From Azolla caroliniana (Eukaryota > Plantae > Polypodiophyta), in contig JBHGNT010000003.1 of assembly GCA_043228905.1 (NCBI GenBank), positions 23,498,001-23,562,000 on the forward strand: a stretch of DNA of 64,000 nucleotides. The letters are read 5' to 3'. This document shows, in pieces, positions 37,802 through 53,767 of this stretch. Within the stretch, counting starts at the first letter, position 1; each line of letters opens with the position of its first letter. Under the pieces are notes generated by a model. The model did not search any database. It saw only the letters and a list, made by a program, of their open reading frames with translations, and was not told the DNA's origin. The position numbers were made by a program, and so were the translations under genes.

Positions 37802-40800
37802 ATATTAACATCTGTTAAGAGGCCAACAATGTTTTCTGGTCTTTGAGAATAACTAACCAAAATAAATACAACTGAACATATGGTACTAAAGGATCTATAT
37901 ATCTAAGGATGTAAGATTCTAAACTTAGATAAACTGAAACATGTTTCATCAAAAAATTTCCAACATTGGCCACTCCAAGATGGAGAGATCTCCAAAGTGA
38001 AGGAAGCACCTTCATTTTTTGTGAGAAGGGTGATGAGTCCATAATCTAGGTGGTCATGGCCTACAGGGATGGACTTTGTTATTGCCTGACAAGATAGTTA
38101 AATATCTTTTTAACATCCACAGATACCTATTGTGGCCAATGAAATGGGGCCTAGCCCATGGCAAGGATAAAATATTGGGTTCTCTCAAATTTTTTTACTT
38201 TTGATGCTATGGTGTAAACCACCAAGCCAGCAGATACAGAGATAGATATATTGTTCTTGGGGGTCAAATATGACCTATGGGACCAAAAGTGAAACATTCT
38301 CATGTAGTATGTATGGTGTTGAACAGTGACTGAGAAATCAAAAGTTTAGGTTGCATTTGAGATTGTACATTGTGATTGTGAGAAATGTGTGTAGGAATAG
38401 GTTTGGATTGACATTGGGAGGAAGTAGTTGTTTTGAATTGACAATGATGGAAAAGAAAAACTCTGATGTGATCAAAGTTACTGTATTGTAATAGTAGGTA
38501 AAACTCAGACTCATGAACTTGTTTAGGGCAAAATGTGTATAGCCAAGGAGTCTTCTCATGTTTACTTGTTTCTCATGCAATTCTAGGAAGTTGATGTGAG
38601 AGTTTTTTTGAACTTTGAGCATGTACTTAACAACCCTTTCCACGCCCATAATCTCAGTGGGTAGTTATCCAGTCTCAAGAAGTAGGACAAAAAGCACCAT
38701 TTGGGAATACAAAGATGAAATAGCAACCTTTTTTAGTTTTTAAGCTAGGATTTAGAAAGTACCTGTCTTGCTATGTGCTGTAGTTTGACCTTGACATGAT
38801 TTGATCACACCCAAGAAGCCCCCAACTTGAAAGAAAAACACTTTAGCATTAATAAACTTAGGACTTCACTTGACTTCAACAGAGGGTCCTATTATTTAGG
38901 CTCTTACTGGGAAGTGATGTTTACTTGACTTCCATGGAGGCCCATTATTCAGGCATTTACCAGGAAGTGACATTGATCAATACATGCAAAGGATTATAGG
39001 CATCATTGAACTTGCTTCAGCTTTTCTGTTAATGTGCAATATGTGGCAGTAGCTCCTCACACTAAACTGTCTTTAGGATCCAATGGGCTTTCTCTCAAGC
39101 AAGTATTTACAGAACTCCAATGCCAACCTGGCATATCTATGACGAGGAAGCTCCCACAATTTAAATGCTTGAGCACAAATTAACATCCCATATGCTTCTC
39201 CTTTTTTCCTAAGTAAAACTTTTTCTGTATGCATACGGACACTTCTGATGTTTTTGTCGTCTATGACTAAGCCAAAGTAACATTTATGTGAATCATCTTT
39301 GATGGGATAAAAATGTAATTTTCCTGTTGAAGAAACAATCACAAGCAAAGGGGTTTGATCTGTTGATCTCCAAGTCTATAGACAACTACACTAATCAACT
39401 TATACATGGGTCTTATTTATGAATATTTTTGTACATGCAACCAAAAAAGGATATTGATAGAATGCAAATAAGATTAACGTGGCAAGTGAAATATCCTTAT
39501 CAATCTTACTGGATAAGGGTGGATAGGTGGCAATATGCTAGATCAGTCTTGTATTATTTATAAAAGGGCTTGTACATTGCATTTCTAAATAGTTAGATAG
39601 CCATATTCTTCACTTCCGTTTTTGTTAATCATTTAATACTTCCAATCCACTCTTAATTAATCACGTCACCCTCCTTGTCCTCTTTGTGAGCTTGGATTCT
39701 TTGTCCATTTTAAAGTGCTTGCAATATAAATGACGCATACATTTTTATGTCATCAGGTATCTAAGACAAAAAAAAGGAATATAATATAAAGTGAAAATTG
39801 CAAAAAAATGGGAGAGCTGATTATGGACTTTGAACCATTAGGGTAGGGGGGATGGGAGCTTTAAATCTAGAGAATCATAGGAAACTGTGCGTGCATGTGT
39901 TTGAGGGATGGAGAGTGAGGTTTGGAATGACATAAGTTTTAACATGCCTTTTTTCATGTCTGCAGGAAACTTTGGAGGGAGTGAAGGCTGAAGAGGTGAG
40001 TCTGAACTGAGAGAGAGGGGAAGAAAATTATCGTCTATTAATGACCAAAATTGAACCATTAGACAAATTATGATTACAAATATGGGGACATTCATGTTAT
40101 CTATTCTAAAACGAAAAATAAAAACATCTAGGTTTCCCAAAAATCTACACAGTGATCTTAGACATGAAGCAATTATTTTGGAGATGGTTTACAAGCATGA
40201 GATGCATAACTAACAACTAATGCAAGTGACAGATTGATCTTAAAGATGGTTTACAAGCATGCAAATGCATACGTGGTAGTTGTGCATAACTTACATGCAA
40301 TGTAAAACTAATATTATGCATACGTAACATGTATATTGAGGTGACATCCTATCTGAGGTTGACTGGTATGGTGGAGTGATGCTGCGATAAAGTTCACCAA
40401 ATGCATGAGGCTGACCTCATGTAGATCCTGCATGGCAAGTAATAATCTCTAGCTATGATTATGAAATTGGATTGTCTTGTATGGTGTGTTATTTGCCCAG
40501 CTGATGATGTTGTCAGAGTTGTAACAAAACCCGGTTGATACAACTATTAAAATTTTCATCTAAAAACAGGTGAAAGTAAAGCAAATAGATGAAAATAAAG
40601 TTCCTATCATCTTTCTATTGTGGTCAATCACTAATCAATTGAATCAGGGATGAAACTTTGCTCGGGTTTCGTCCTTTGGTCGAAGTTATGGCATTGTCCG
40701 TGTGCGTTTTCTTGCTCAATGGTGACTCATTGGCATGCTATTAGTGGTGGTGTAGCCATATGGAATAAGTCAGTGATGTGTGATTGCCATTGCATCCTAG

Positions 40801-43800
40801 TGCTAAAATAAAGGTTGATTCCATATGCTTTCAAAGCTCGAGCCAGCTCTGGCCAGGGTGCTGTGAGTTAGCATTCATCATTTGTCAAATGTTGGTAAAG
40901 GTCAGATAGAGGATGGCACACTTTCTCTCTCTGATGTGCTTATAAGCTTGACACTTGCACATACAATATTCATGACTCTTTACATCTCTTTCACATAATT
41001 TGCGAAATCTTTTGATATGCATTCAAAGTTCTTGTCCTGCTTCGATCTCTAGTTAGTGGGAGTAGACTTTGAGTCAGCCTATTGCTTTGCGAGAACTATG
41101 GGACATGTAGATGTCCGTGTACCTTGATCTTTGTATGAATCCATATGTGCGAAGTTCATGAAATGGTCTTTTGTAATAAGCCATCTTTGTTAGAATAAGC
41201 TTTTTTGATATGATTCAAATATTTTGGGTATAGGGTTGCCATAGTTGCCAAATATCTTGCCCTATGTATAATTTTGGAGATGCATATTTTATTGGAATGA
41301 TGCCAAGTTCTTAATGTCGAGGCCAATGTTGTTGAACCACCTTGTCACTTGCGAGTACCACCACTATCCTTCTCCCACTCTCTTATCTTTATTTCCTCTG
41401 ATGCTTTGAATGCTTTACATGTACTTCTTTGAGGTGGCATGGTTCTCTAGTTGATGAGATTCACCCTTTGGAGTAATGCTTCTATCATCATGGGGGACAT
41501 GGTCAATTCTGCTTGGATGATCTCTCAGTGTGGAAGCTTTGCAATTATCATCCAGGACATCATCATGACTAGTGGACACTCTATTTGTATCCATGTATAG
41601 ATGAGAAGTTTAGAGCCCATATGGTTGCACCATACATGAGTGCAGTGGTGACCATGGTGTCAAATAACCATACTTTGTATGAGGCTTCTAAAAGTGTGCG
41701 TGGCGGCATTGTTGTCCTGAGAAAGAAAGAAAGATATATTAACATCTTTTTAGAGGCCAAAATGGCCTATAAGACCAAACAAGAGATTACATCTTAAGTG
41801 TTGTCTCGTCTTGAGAACAACAAATCAAAATAAAATAAATATTACTCTGTAAATATAAACTAAATAAGATAAAAAGAGATGAGGGAAACTGGTTTTTGGC
41901 ACATGTGAGATTCTCAAGTTAGATGTATTGTAACTTTCTTCGAAAGATCTCTAGCATAGGTCGATCCAGAATGGAAAGGTCTTCGAAGCGAGGGAAGCAC
42001 CTGCGCTGGCGGGAGATAATGGCTTTTATCTGTTGATGAGGTTGTGGTCCATGGGGCTAGGGCCTATGTGCACGACAAATCATGATTACAAATCTGGATG
42101 AATTAATGTCATCCATACTGGAACAAAAATAAAACCTCTAGGTTTCCAAACTTAGTAATGGCATAGGTTTTTCATGTTATCTTAATGCATGTGGTGGAAT
42201 GGGTTTTTCACTATCTGAGAAGCAATCGTGATCTGGCCTTATGATTGGCAGTCTGTCTAGGGTTCCAAACTTAGTAATGACAACTAAACATGAAGGTTGT
42301 GCTTCTTGTGAAATTTAAGCGAACACCTTATGGCATGATCTGGACTGGAAACAGTTTACAAGCATGAAGTGCATAGCTAATGTGTATGAGAGTAGTGGTG
42401 ACTGGACGTCGTATTCAAAGTTGATTGGTGCAGCATAATGGGTGCAATAACAAAGTTTAACAAGTGCAGATTGAACATGGCAAGCAATGAACGCCATGAT
42501 CTTGTAATGGTATAGCCCATGTGCGGTATATCCTGATATTAACGGTCTCTTTGCAGTTAATCTTGTCGTCAAGGCAATGTAGGTGACAAATTATCCTTTT
42601 CTGCTCAGCATTCAAATTTGCTTGCACTGAATGTTGTACAGTCAATGCAACATAAGTCACAAATTATTGTTTTCTGCTCAGTATTCAACTTTGCTTGCAC
42701 TGAATGTTGTAGTTAAGGCAACGTAGGTCACATATTATCTTTTTCTGTGCACTTTCTATTTTCAATGTGTGATGCGTGCTATCACAATGGTTGATGTGCA
42801 TGCCCAAAGCTTTGCTATCATCCAGCCACCCTCGGAAAATTTCCCTATATTAAGGCAAGCTTGATTTAACACATGTGACTGAGTTATGTGAATGTTGTGA
42901 AGCTACTGAAGATGACCAAACAATTCAATGGCGTATGAGATTGTGATGGCAGCAAAGGATCAATAAGAAGAGCTTTAATACCAATGTCACAAGCTAGTGT
43001 GCGCTCCCTCTCTCTCAGGAGGAGGTCGTGGTGAAGGTGTCTACTAAGGCTTGTCCTCCAACCATATGATATGCTCTTATATAGTAGTCTCCATGCATAA
43101 GGATTAGTATGCATATCCACCCCCTTGCCCATGTAATGTTAAGGTTGTCTGTCTACAGTCACATCCAGTGACATCTTAGAATGGCCCCATGACACGTTTG
43201 TTCATGATCTGCAACGAAACTAACTAGAAGTTTAGTTGTGGTGAGGGTGTTTGTTAAGGCTTGTCCTCCAACCATATGATATGCTCTTATATAGTAGTCC
43301 CCATGCATAAGGGCTAGTATGCATGTCCACCCCCTTGCCAACATAATGTTAAGGTTGTCTGTCTACAGTCACACCCAGCGACATCTTAGAATGGCCCCAT
43401 GACACTTTCGTTCATGACATGCGATGAAACTAACAAGAAGTCTAACCAGACAGGATCCCGCCATGACACTGCTACAGTTGGTGAGTTGTTTTCTATTCTT
43501 TTCATATTGTGTCTTGATCAAGTCATCTTTGCAGTCTTGAGGAAAAATTGTGCCACTGCTTGATTTGATAATGCATGTAACCATTATTTAGCCACTGGGA
43601 TGCTCCATTTTAGCATTTGTAAGAAGTCGCACCCATGCCATTTAGAAATTTTTTACGCTTTTCATTGCTATACTCAGAAGCTTCCATGTACATGAAAGAA
43701 AACACACTGGTCATGTGCTTGTTTATCATGTTCATACTGCGTTTTTTGCATTAGTAGAAAATTACCTTGCCGTACATGATGAATAGAAGGTTATAACTGC

Positions 43801-45981
43801 AAACAATGCTCAAGTGTTCTTCTCTTTGTCCTTTTCCTACGTCAAATATGTGGAGATTGGTATTATAATAATCTTTGTCTTGTTGATTTGCTACATATTT
43901 CTTCTGCACTTTATTATACATCTTTTATCTCTCTTCCACTCTCTAGACTAGTTATATGTGTTTATTTTGTACACTGTCAATTTGGATAGTTTAACAGTAT
44001 ATTTACTTGGTTCATGCATTTTCAGTGCTACAAAGAGAACTCTCAAGGGGTAGAAATATTTACTCGAAGCTGGTTGCCAGTTTCAGGAGCTATAAAAGCA
44101 ACAGTATTCATTTGTCATGGATATGGTGATACATGTACATTTTTTTTCGAAGGTATCTTTTGTACATCACTTATTTTCTGTAGTTTCCAAACCCTTCCAC
44201 TTTTAATAGAGTCATTCTGCCAATCGTAGGTGTTGCAAGAAAGCTTGCAAAAGCTGGATATGCAGTGTTTGGAATGGATTATCCTGGATTTGGCCTTTCA
44301 TCAGGGTTACATGGTTATATTCCTGGATTCAGTAAACTTGCGGATGATGTTATTGAGAACTACTCTAAAATCAAAGGTTATATTTTGGAGTCTTTTAAAG
44401 CTTAAACTATTCTTTGATCGATGTTCTGTATCTTTGATTAAAGCATCTCTGAAATGGTACGAGCATCATATAATCATGCATTTAAGATGAGGTCCATGAC
44501 TTGGCAGGAGGTCCTCCCATGTCCAATACCATGGGAGAGGACAATGTGCTCATAACTTGGGAAGTGATGGAGCCTCATCCTTAATAAGATGGGGCTCATA
44601 GAATGGCAGAGAAGGAAGGAGAGTTGCACAATAGATGCAACCTGTAGATTATATGGAGACCATAGCATCCAGACTGTGGGTGAATGAGTGTCTGTCGACT
44701 GAATTAATAAGCCCATCTTTAGCCTGATTGACTACTTAAATGTATGACCACATGTATGTTGATAACAGAAACTATCAATAGAGTCCTAAAACAAAGTTTT
44801 GTTTTTGATTAGTATGCTTTGCAACTCTTTAACTAATGACATGTCTTTTATTTCACAGAGCAACCAGAATTTAAACGCCTTCCTTGCTTCCTCTTTGGTG
44901 AATCTATGGGTGGAGCAGTAGCGTTGATGGTTCATCTCAAGCAACCTGATGCGTGGAATGGTGCAGTTCTTGTTTCTCCCATGTGCAAGGTATTTACTTA
45001 ATGTTCTTTATTTACACTTCTTTTTGCCTTTAACATCTGATGCTCAGTTGACTCAAATCATGGCAGATGGCCCCAGATATGTATCCACATTGGTTACTCC
45101 TAAGAACTTTAATCTTCCTTTCCTATTTCTTTCCAACTGCAAAACTGGTACCAAATAAGAACTTGGCAGACATGGCCTTCCAGGATGTGGAAAAGCGAAA
45201 ACAGGTATATAATAGACTGACGAAAATGGAAATATTGAAGTGAGAATCATTAGAGAACTTATTTGCGTTCTTTTTGTCATCTTCATCAGACAGCATATAA
45301 TGTAGTGGCTTACAAAGATAATCCACGTTTGAGAACAGCACTCGAGATGCTGAAAGCTACTGATGAGATTTCAAGCAAGCTTAATCAGGTGATAAACACT
45401 TAGATGTATGAAAGTTTTTATTAGACTTGTCTCACATGGGTTGTGGAAAACGAACTTGTAAAGTCATTCTTTTAGGCACTCTACGCAACCTTATAATATA
45501 AACATCAATTCTGTTTATCATAATTTTTTATCTCTTGCCATAGTCTTGAATCCACAATCATTAAGGTTTTAAACATATGCTTTACAATTTTACAATCTTG
45601 TTTGTATATTTAGTTGTATAGATGCTGTGGGCATATAAAAGCTATACTTACTCATGCTTTAGCAGATATAGTTTCTTACTATATATTATCTCCACAATGG
45701 TAAGTTGTAGTATTTTCACTAATATTTGCCCCTATTCTTGTGAATAACCTATTTTATGGCAGGTTTCATTACCCTTGTTGGTTTTGCATGGTGAACTCGA
45801 TATTATAACAGATCCATCGGTTAGCAAAAGCCTTCATGAACAGGCCAGGAGTGCTGACAAAACGCTTCACATATTCAACAACGCATGGCACAGTATTCTG
45901 GAAGGAGAATCGGATGAAGTAATTTTGCAGGTGTTTGATTATATTAGGTCATGGCTTGATTCGCATGCTGATGTGAGCTGA
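36069..45981 (+). CDS. Monoacylglycerol lipase / caffeoyl shikimate esterase-like alpha/beta-hydrolase; exons 36069-36329, 39966-39995, 44026-44152, 44230-44376, 44859-44989, 45067-45204, 45290-45388, 45763-45981
   Basis: N-terminal TM; NLDHAPARRRVR; EIFTRSWLP; CHGYGDTCTFFFEG; DYPGFGLSSGLHGYI; nucleophile GESMGG; HGELDIITD; WHSILEGE. Confidence 0.92.
36558..36811. repeat. Tandem duplication, ~128 bp x2, intronic
   Basis: gtccataaagaggccaattttga...gcacaaagtctc.atgtgtgtaaat occurs twice. Confidence 0.9.
37722..37799. repeat. (AG)n microsatellite
   Basis: Direct reading. Confidence 0.95.
40950..41700 (-). mobile_element. Degenerate RTE-like LINE 3' portion
   Basis: The - strand encodes AIG*LKVYSH*LEIEAGQ, resembling the (Q)LRxSSHxLEIExGR motif of RTE-type LINE C-termini; boundaries approximate. 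Confidence 0.55.
43029..43442. repeat. Tandem duplication, ~210 bp x2, intronic
   Basis: taaggcttgtcctccaaccatatgatatgctc...gaatggccccatgacac...gaaactaac occurs twice. Confidence 0.9.
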
Positions 45982-46407
45982 AACCAATAATTTTAGTGCC
46001 TCTAATTGGTTCATCCACAAGAAAAGCTCACTTGACTCATATGAAGCATATCCAAAGTGAGTTGTAATATAGAGAGCAAATACTCAAATTTGATTATTGG
46101 AATAAGTCAAAATCTGGTTATAATATTCTTGATTTGTTTGTTTTTCACACAAAGTATACATGCAATATATGTGCCAAAAGTCATGGCTTGATTCACATGC
46201 TGATGTGAGCGGAAACCAATAATTTTAGGGCCATTGGTTCATCCACAAGAAAAGCTGACTTGACTCATATGAAGCACATCCAAAGTGAGTTATAATATAG
46301 AAAGCAAATACTCAAATTTGATTGTTGGAATAAACCATATCTGGTTACACTATTCTTTATTTGTTTGTTTGTTCACACAAAGTATACATGCAATATATGT
46401 GCCAAAT
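45948..46407 (+). repeat. Tandem duplication (~232 bp x2) of the hydrolase stop codon and 3' UTR
   Basis: gtcatggcttgattc.catgctgatgtgagc...gcaatatatgtgccaaa occurs twice. Confidence 0.9.
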
Positions 46408-48199
46408 TTGTTCTTGTCAAGGGAGTTCAACTCATGAGATTGCCATTGAATTTCTTCTTTTATTTGCAAGAATTTGGATTGACATGAATATTTCATAAAC
46501 TATTTACACGAGTCTTAGTTTTGAAACAAACAAGTACTTGTGTTATGCCCCTATTTCATGGGATAACTTAAAAAACAATAAAAAGCGAGTGGAAAACAAA
46601 GTTAGGACAGGAAACATGCTCTTTTATTATATTACGTTCTGAAATCTTATAACAGTACCAAATTGCAACAAACCAAGATTTGGAGTCAAGATTGAATTGG
46701 GACAACTTGGAACGAGTTGGGACAACTGCCTAAACAGCTAAGAGAGAGAACACTACACACTCCTTAGAGCTAAAATGGTGAGACCGAGAATGCTTACAAA
46801 TGAGAACTGATCCTCATTATTTGGGCAAAAGATGGTTATTGGCACTAACTGTTGGGATAGGGTTGGGACACCCCAATGTGGTGCCTTCTTTGGGATTGGG
46901 ACTCGGCTTTGTACATGTTTGCATGTCCTTGACACTATATATTTGTTACTTCTTGTATTTGTCAAACCTTCTTTGCATAAGTTGTCATCCCCTTCTTGTG
47001 TACTTTATTATTCATTGTAGTTTTCTTTGATTCCTTCTCTTGCTCACACAGCTTCTGGACACTTTGACTCTACAAGAGTTAGCATTCTTTTGGAAGTGTG
47101 GTCTTCAAATGAAATTCCTAAAGGTCAAAGTTGTTGATTTATAGCAAAGACATTTCACTGGATGAGGGATTATTTGGAATAAGTATCGATTTAAAGTCAA
47201 GAGTCAATGCTTGATTTGCAATAATTTATGGTTAAATGGTCTTCATATGACCACCTTTTGTAATTTCATGATGAGGTTGTATGCATGCTTTATTACAAAA
47301 ATAAATGTAGACGCATGAACTTATTGTGCTTATTCATGCAACCAAATTGTGTGGACATCTCTCTCCACACTTATAGTATGTATAAGAGGGCACATCACTC
47401 ATGGGACATCGAAGAAGACTAACTCAAGTTCTTATGCAAATCTTGTTGCCCTCGAAGGACCAAGTAATGGGTCTTGGAAGAGATGAGCCCGAATCAAGCA
47501 ATAGTTCCATTCTAGCAAACCGTCATTAATTACCCTATGATAGTAGGGAGAATGCATTATATAATTTCTTGGTCTTGTTTATGGCTTCTTGAGAAATTGT
47601 GATAGGCTTGCTCCTCTTAATTAGAGACCAATTTGTAATTAAGAATATTGTGATTAGTAGAACTTGTTCCATAGTTATCATAAACTAATCTTCATATCCC
47701 TCATGATGACTTCATGATGTGTGCTCAATTACGATTTTCCCGTGATTAAGACCATGGAAGATTAAGATTACACTGAAATTAAAAATGGAAAATTGAAAAA
47801 CGAGATGGTTAAAAATTAAGATTAAGCTCTAAGATCAAAGAACATGTTGGAATGATAAGAGACGAGTTCGTAATTAAACAACATGATTATGATTAACAAA
47901 AAAACACGTATTCTGATTTACTGTATATCAAGCATCATAACCTTGCATAATGAGCTGGAGGAGATGGTCACATTCGAATGGATGACGACATAAGAGGAAG
48001 TGGTGTGGACTAACCATTATGGCCCACTACGTTCTACGTTCAATGCATATAGGATGTCCAATGCCATTCTTTTTCATCTTTCATTCTCCTTTGTGGTTTT
48101 CATAGGTCCTCATGGCTTAGAGCCATTGTAATGTTTTTAGCCTAATTATTTTGTCGTGTATACAGAATTTCTACTAATGAAGAATAATTTTTTAGGAAT

Positions 48200-48428
48200 A
48201 AAAAACATCCCATAAGGAGATCAATGTACGTATGTACATATAGTGAACAACTATGTGGCCTAATCTTAATGTGTAAAAAAACATCCCATAAGGAGATCAA
48301 TGTATGTATGTACATATAGTGAACAACTATGTGACCTAATCTTAATGTGTAAAAAAACATCCCATAAGGAGATCAATGTATGTATGTACATATAGTGAAC
48401 AACTATGTGGCCTAATCTTAATGTGTAA
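48200..48428. repeat. ~76-bp tandem repeat x3 immediately upstream of RPL18a
   Basis: aaaaacatcccataaggagatcaatgta...gaacaactatgtg.cctaatcttaatgtgtaa occurs three times. Confidence 0.92.
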
Positions 48429-48479
48429 GATAGAGGCATCTGGGGCCGTTGGATGGCGTTGATTTTAAGCCGTCCGATG

Positions 48480-48487
48480 TAGGGTTT
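48480..48487 (-). promoter_or_regulatory. Telo-box (AAACCCTA) in the RPL18a proximal promoter
   Basis: TAGGGTTT about 90 bp before the ATG, with a site II-like TGGGGCC at 48441; this pairing is typical of plant ribosomal-protein genes. Confidence 0.55.
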
Positions 48488-48569
48488 AAATTCTGGGGTT
48501 ATGGGAGTAGCACTGTTTCTGCTGCACAGCATTTCTACGCAAGAAGGAAGGAAAGACGACAACGACGCC

Positions 48570-50827
<2,258 letters not shown>

Positions 50828-52602
50828 TTTTTGGTTTGCTTGGTGTTTTGCCCGACTTCAGGAGTAATTTCTTAATGCTGGATGATATTTTGGTTTTGTC
50901 AGTTTTTGAATCTATAATATGAAGAGCAATTATTTTCTTCTTCTTTGTTGAGAAAAAACTCTGAACTTTCTTTGACTTCAGGAATATCTGATCATATTTA
51001 TGAGGTGGTATGTGTATTTTAAATATTAATGCATGTTGTATTTTAAACTTGTAGATGCATTTTGTAAGTTTCTTTACACTTTGAGTTGGATGGTCTGTAT
51101 CATTTACATAGTGCTTTTTCTTCATAATTTTATTAGCAACTAAAGAATGCTGTTTATACAGAGTAGGTTATAGAAATAATTTTCTTCACGACTTTTGCAA
51201 TGAATTCATGAATCTTTACTGGGTAATAATATATTGGTTATTTTGGCACTAGGAATGTGATGAGCCAAAATCAACATTTGAGTCTTATTATTGTCCTCTT
51301 GCCCTTTTCCTTATTTTGACCCTTTGGTTATGCAAGTAGGCAATCAATGCTCTGAAGCTACAATGGTAGTAATCCATGTTAGGTAAAACACTAAAACGTT
51401 TGCCTTGGGTTCTCTGATTTCCTAACCCATCACTGGAAAGGGATGAAAATGTGAAGTCGTTATATAATTATTCAAAAATAGTTTGCATGAACCAGGGTAT
51501 TCTGATTGTGCAAATAGAATGATCAGCTGAATTTATCCACTGATTGACCAAATAGGAAGTCTAAATAACTGATGTTTTTGCAGTTATTGTGAAATAATGG
51601 TTTGCCTCATGGATTCTATGGTGTCTCTCAGAATTTTTATGTTGGATACTGATTGCCTCTTACATGTTTAATGATTGTTTGTGGTATGGACAATCTTTTG
51701 AGAACTACCAAATGCAGTTACTGCAACACAGCATTATGTATGATGTTTCAAACTTTTTATATGAAATGAATAACTTGGAGTTTGCCATAGCTTGACTTGA
51801 AATTTGCCATTGTCTATGTAGCTATGCATTGGAAAACTTTTTAAGATCATAGGTTTTCTAAGAGGAAATTGATTGAAGACAATGTTCCTTAATCTTACTT
51901 TGATTGAAAGCATTGAAGATGGCATAGACGTATAATTCAAAATCTCAAAACAAAGAGATCCTGGCATGTGACATTGATTTATCACGATGACCATATTGGT
52001 TCCATCTCTCTCTCTCTCTCTCTCAATTTGTTTGACTTGGCATTTAACCTCGTAGAGTTTGAATAAATCTTGTCCACATACATAGCACAATCAATATGGT
52101 AGGGTTAATGCTTGTTACAATAAACAAAGGTCACGTCTTTTACCAAATATTATGAATGAATGCATCAAGGAAACAAATGTTACGATAAACAAATGGCATT
52201 TAGCCTCTTAGAGTTTGAATAAACCCTATCCACATAAATTACCACAATGGAGTGGATTTGTTAATATCTCTAGTTGGTCATCAGACAATATGAATTTGGA
52301 TTATATTATTTTGTACATACTTTGCGCAACTAGGGAGGACTTAATCACGATTCACAACATTCATGCTATATATACTAGGCTATTAACATGATGTGGCCAT
52401 TTGTGTTAGTTCCAGTCTTGGAAGTTGATACAATAGTTCATGCATCAAAGATGTGGCCAACATACGAAGCATAGGGGTTTTGTATTGCCTCTTGATGATA
52501 TGCTTGGAGGAGGTTGCCTTTTCTTTCTTCTGTGTTGAGTCATATTTGGGTATGATAGGACAACGAAATGCACAAGAATACATTTATATTTTCACTTGTG
52601 CC

Positions 52603-52607
<5 letters not shown>

Positions 52608-52647
<40 letters not shown>
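52608..52647. repeat. (AT)n microsatellite
   Basis: Direct reading. Confidence 0.95.
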
Positions 52648-52650
<3 letters not shown>

Positions 52651-52720
52651 GGCTCTTTTCACTAGACAATTGTGTATGAGATAGAAGACCTTCATTTCAT
52701 AGAACTACTTAGTTGCCCCA

Positions 52721-53044
52721 CTATAAAGCGAGAATGCTCACTTAATGTTGATGCTTACAACTTGATCTAAGTATACAAAAATTATGCACTCTATCTAGTA
52801 TGAGTCTTGTCTTTTTTAGCACATATTAGAGCGAGTGTGTGTGTGAGAGAGAGAATATATGTATCCAAGCTAATCATTTTTTAACTTCTGAAATCTTAGG
52901 TCACACAAGTACCATTCCCTTGTCCCCTTGAGTCTTATAGTATCAAACTAGCCTATACCTTTAAAGAGAGTATAGATACATCTTACTTACATAGATAGAT
53001 CAATTTGTAAGCATCAACATTGAGTGAGCATTCTCGTTTTGTAG
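52721..53044. repeat. MITE-like element with ~50-bp inverted termini
   Basis: ctataaagcgagaatgctcacttaatgttgatgcttacaacttgatcta pairs with tagatcaatttgtaagcatcaacattgagtgagcattctcgttttgtag. Confidence 0.7.
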
Positions 53045-53767
53045 GGAGCAAGTGGAGTGGTTTACTAGAAATACCCTTCCCTTTGAGTCTTATAACATCA
53101 AAATAACCTGCAACCTTACATCGTCATCATTGCTTTCAATGACTTATTTCACATTCTCTTTTGTCCACCACGGCCACGGACAACCTGTAGCACCCAAAAT
53201 GGCTTGACTCACATTCTTTTCCATGTGAGACGAGGAGTTAGGAGTCAGGACAATTTCACTTTACTAGCATAGCCATGAAAAGCTGAAATGTTGCAAAGTT
53301 CATTAGTTTAACGCACCCTCCGCACTATCGAGTCTCCATGGTCTATCTTTTATACACAGTTGCACCCATGGCAGTGTAAAATCTTTTTGCTACATGGGTG
53401 GTCTCTCCATATTGCATTATATTAGGTTTAAAAAGACTCTTCCTGGTCTTTACGATCTTTTCAGTTTCTTCTCATGATGATGTGATCTTCAAGCTTCCAC
53501 GGCTTTGCATCATGAAGCTTTGTAACATAGGCAAGTCACTCTAATTATTCCAGCTATGAAAATTCCGTTAAGCAGTGCATTACCCTCAGCGTTTGTAATG
53601 TTGTGATTTTTTAAGGTTCATGGCTTTCATCATCAAGTTCTGAGTGATGGGCTAGATATCCATACATCTGAGTCTTTGTATAATTTATGAAGATGTGATT
53701 ATATGGAGTCTCCTTTGTACATCTATTATGGTTTTAATGAAAATCTGTATGATGTGATCGATTCTAT

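Noticed and set aside
48200-48428. Possible CRISPR-like array
   Set aside because: Head-to-tail ~76-bp units with no unique spacers, no cas genes and a eukaryotic context.
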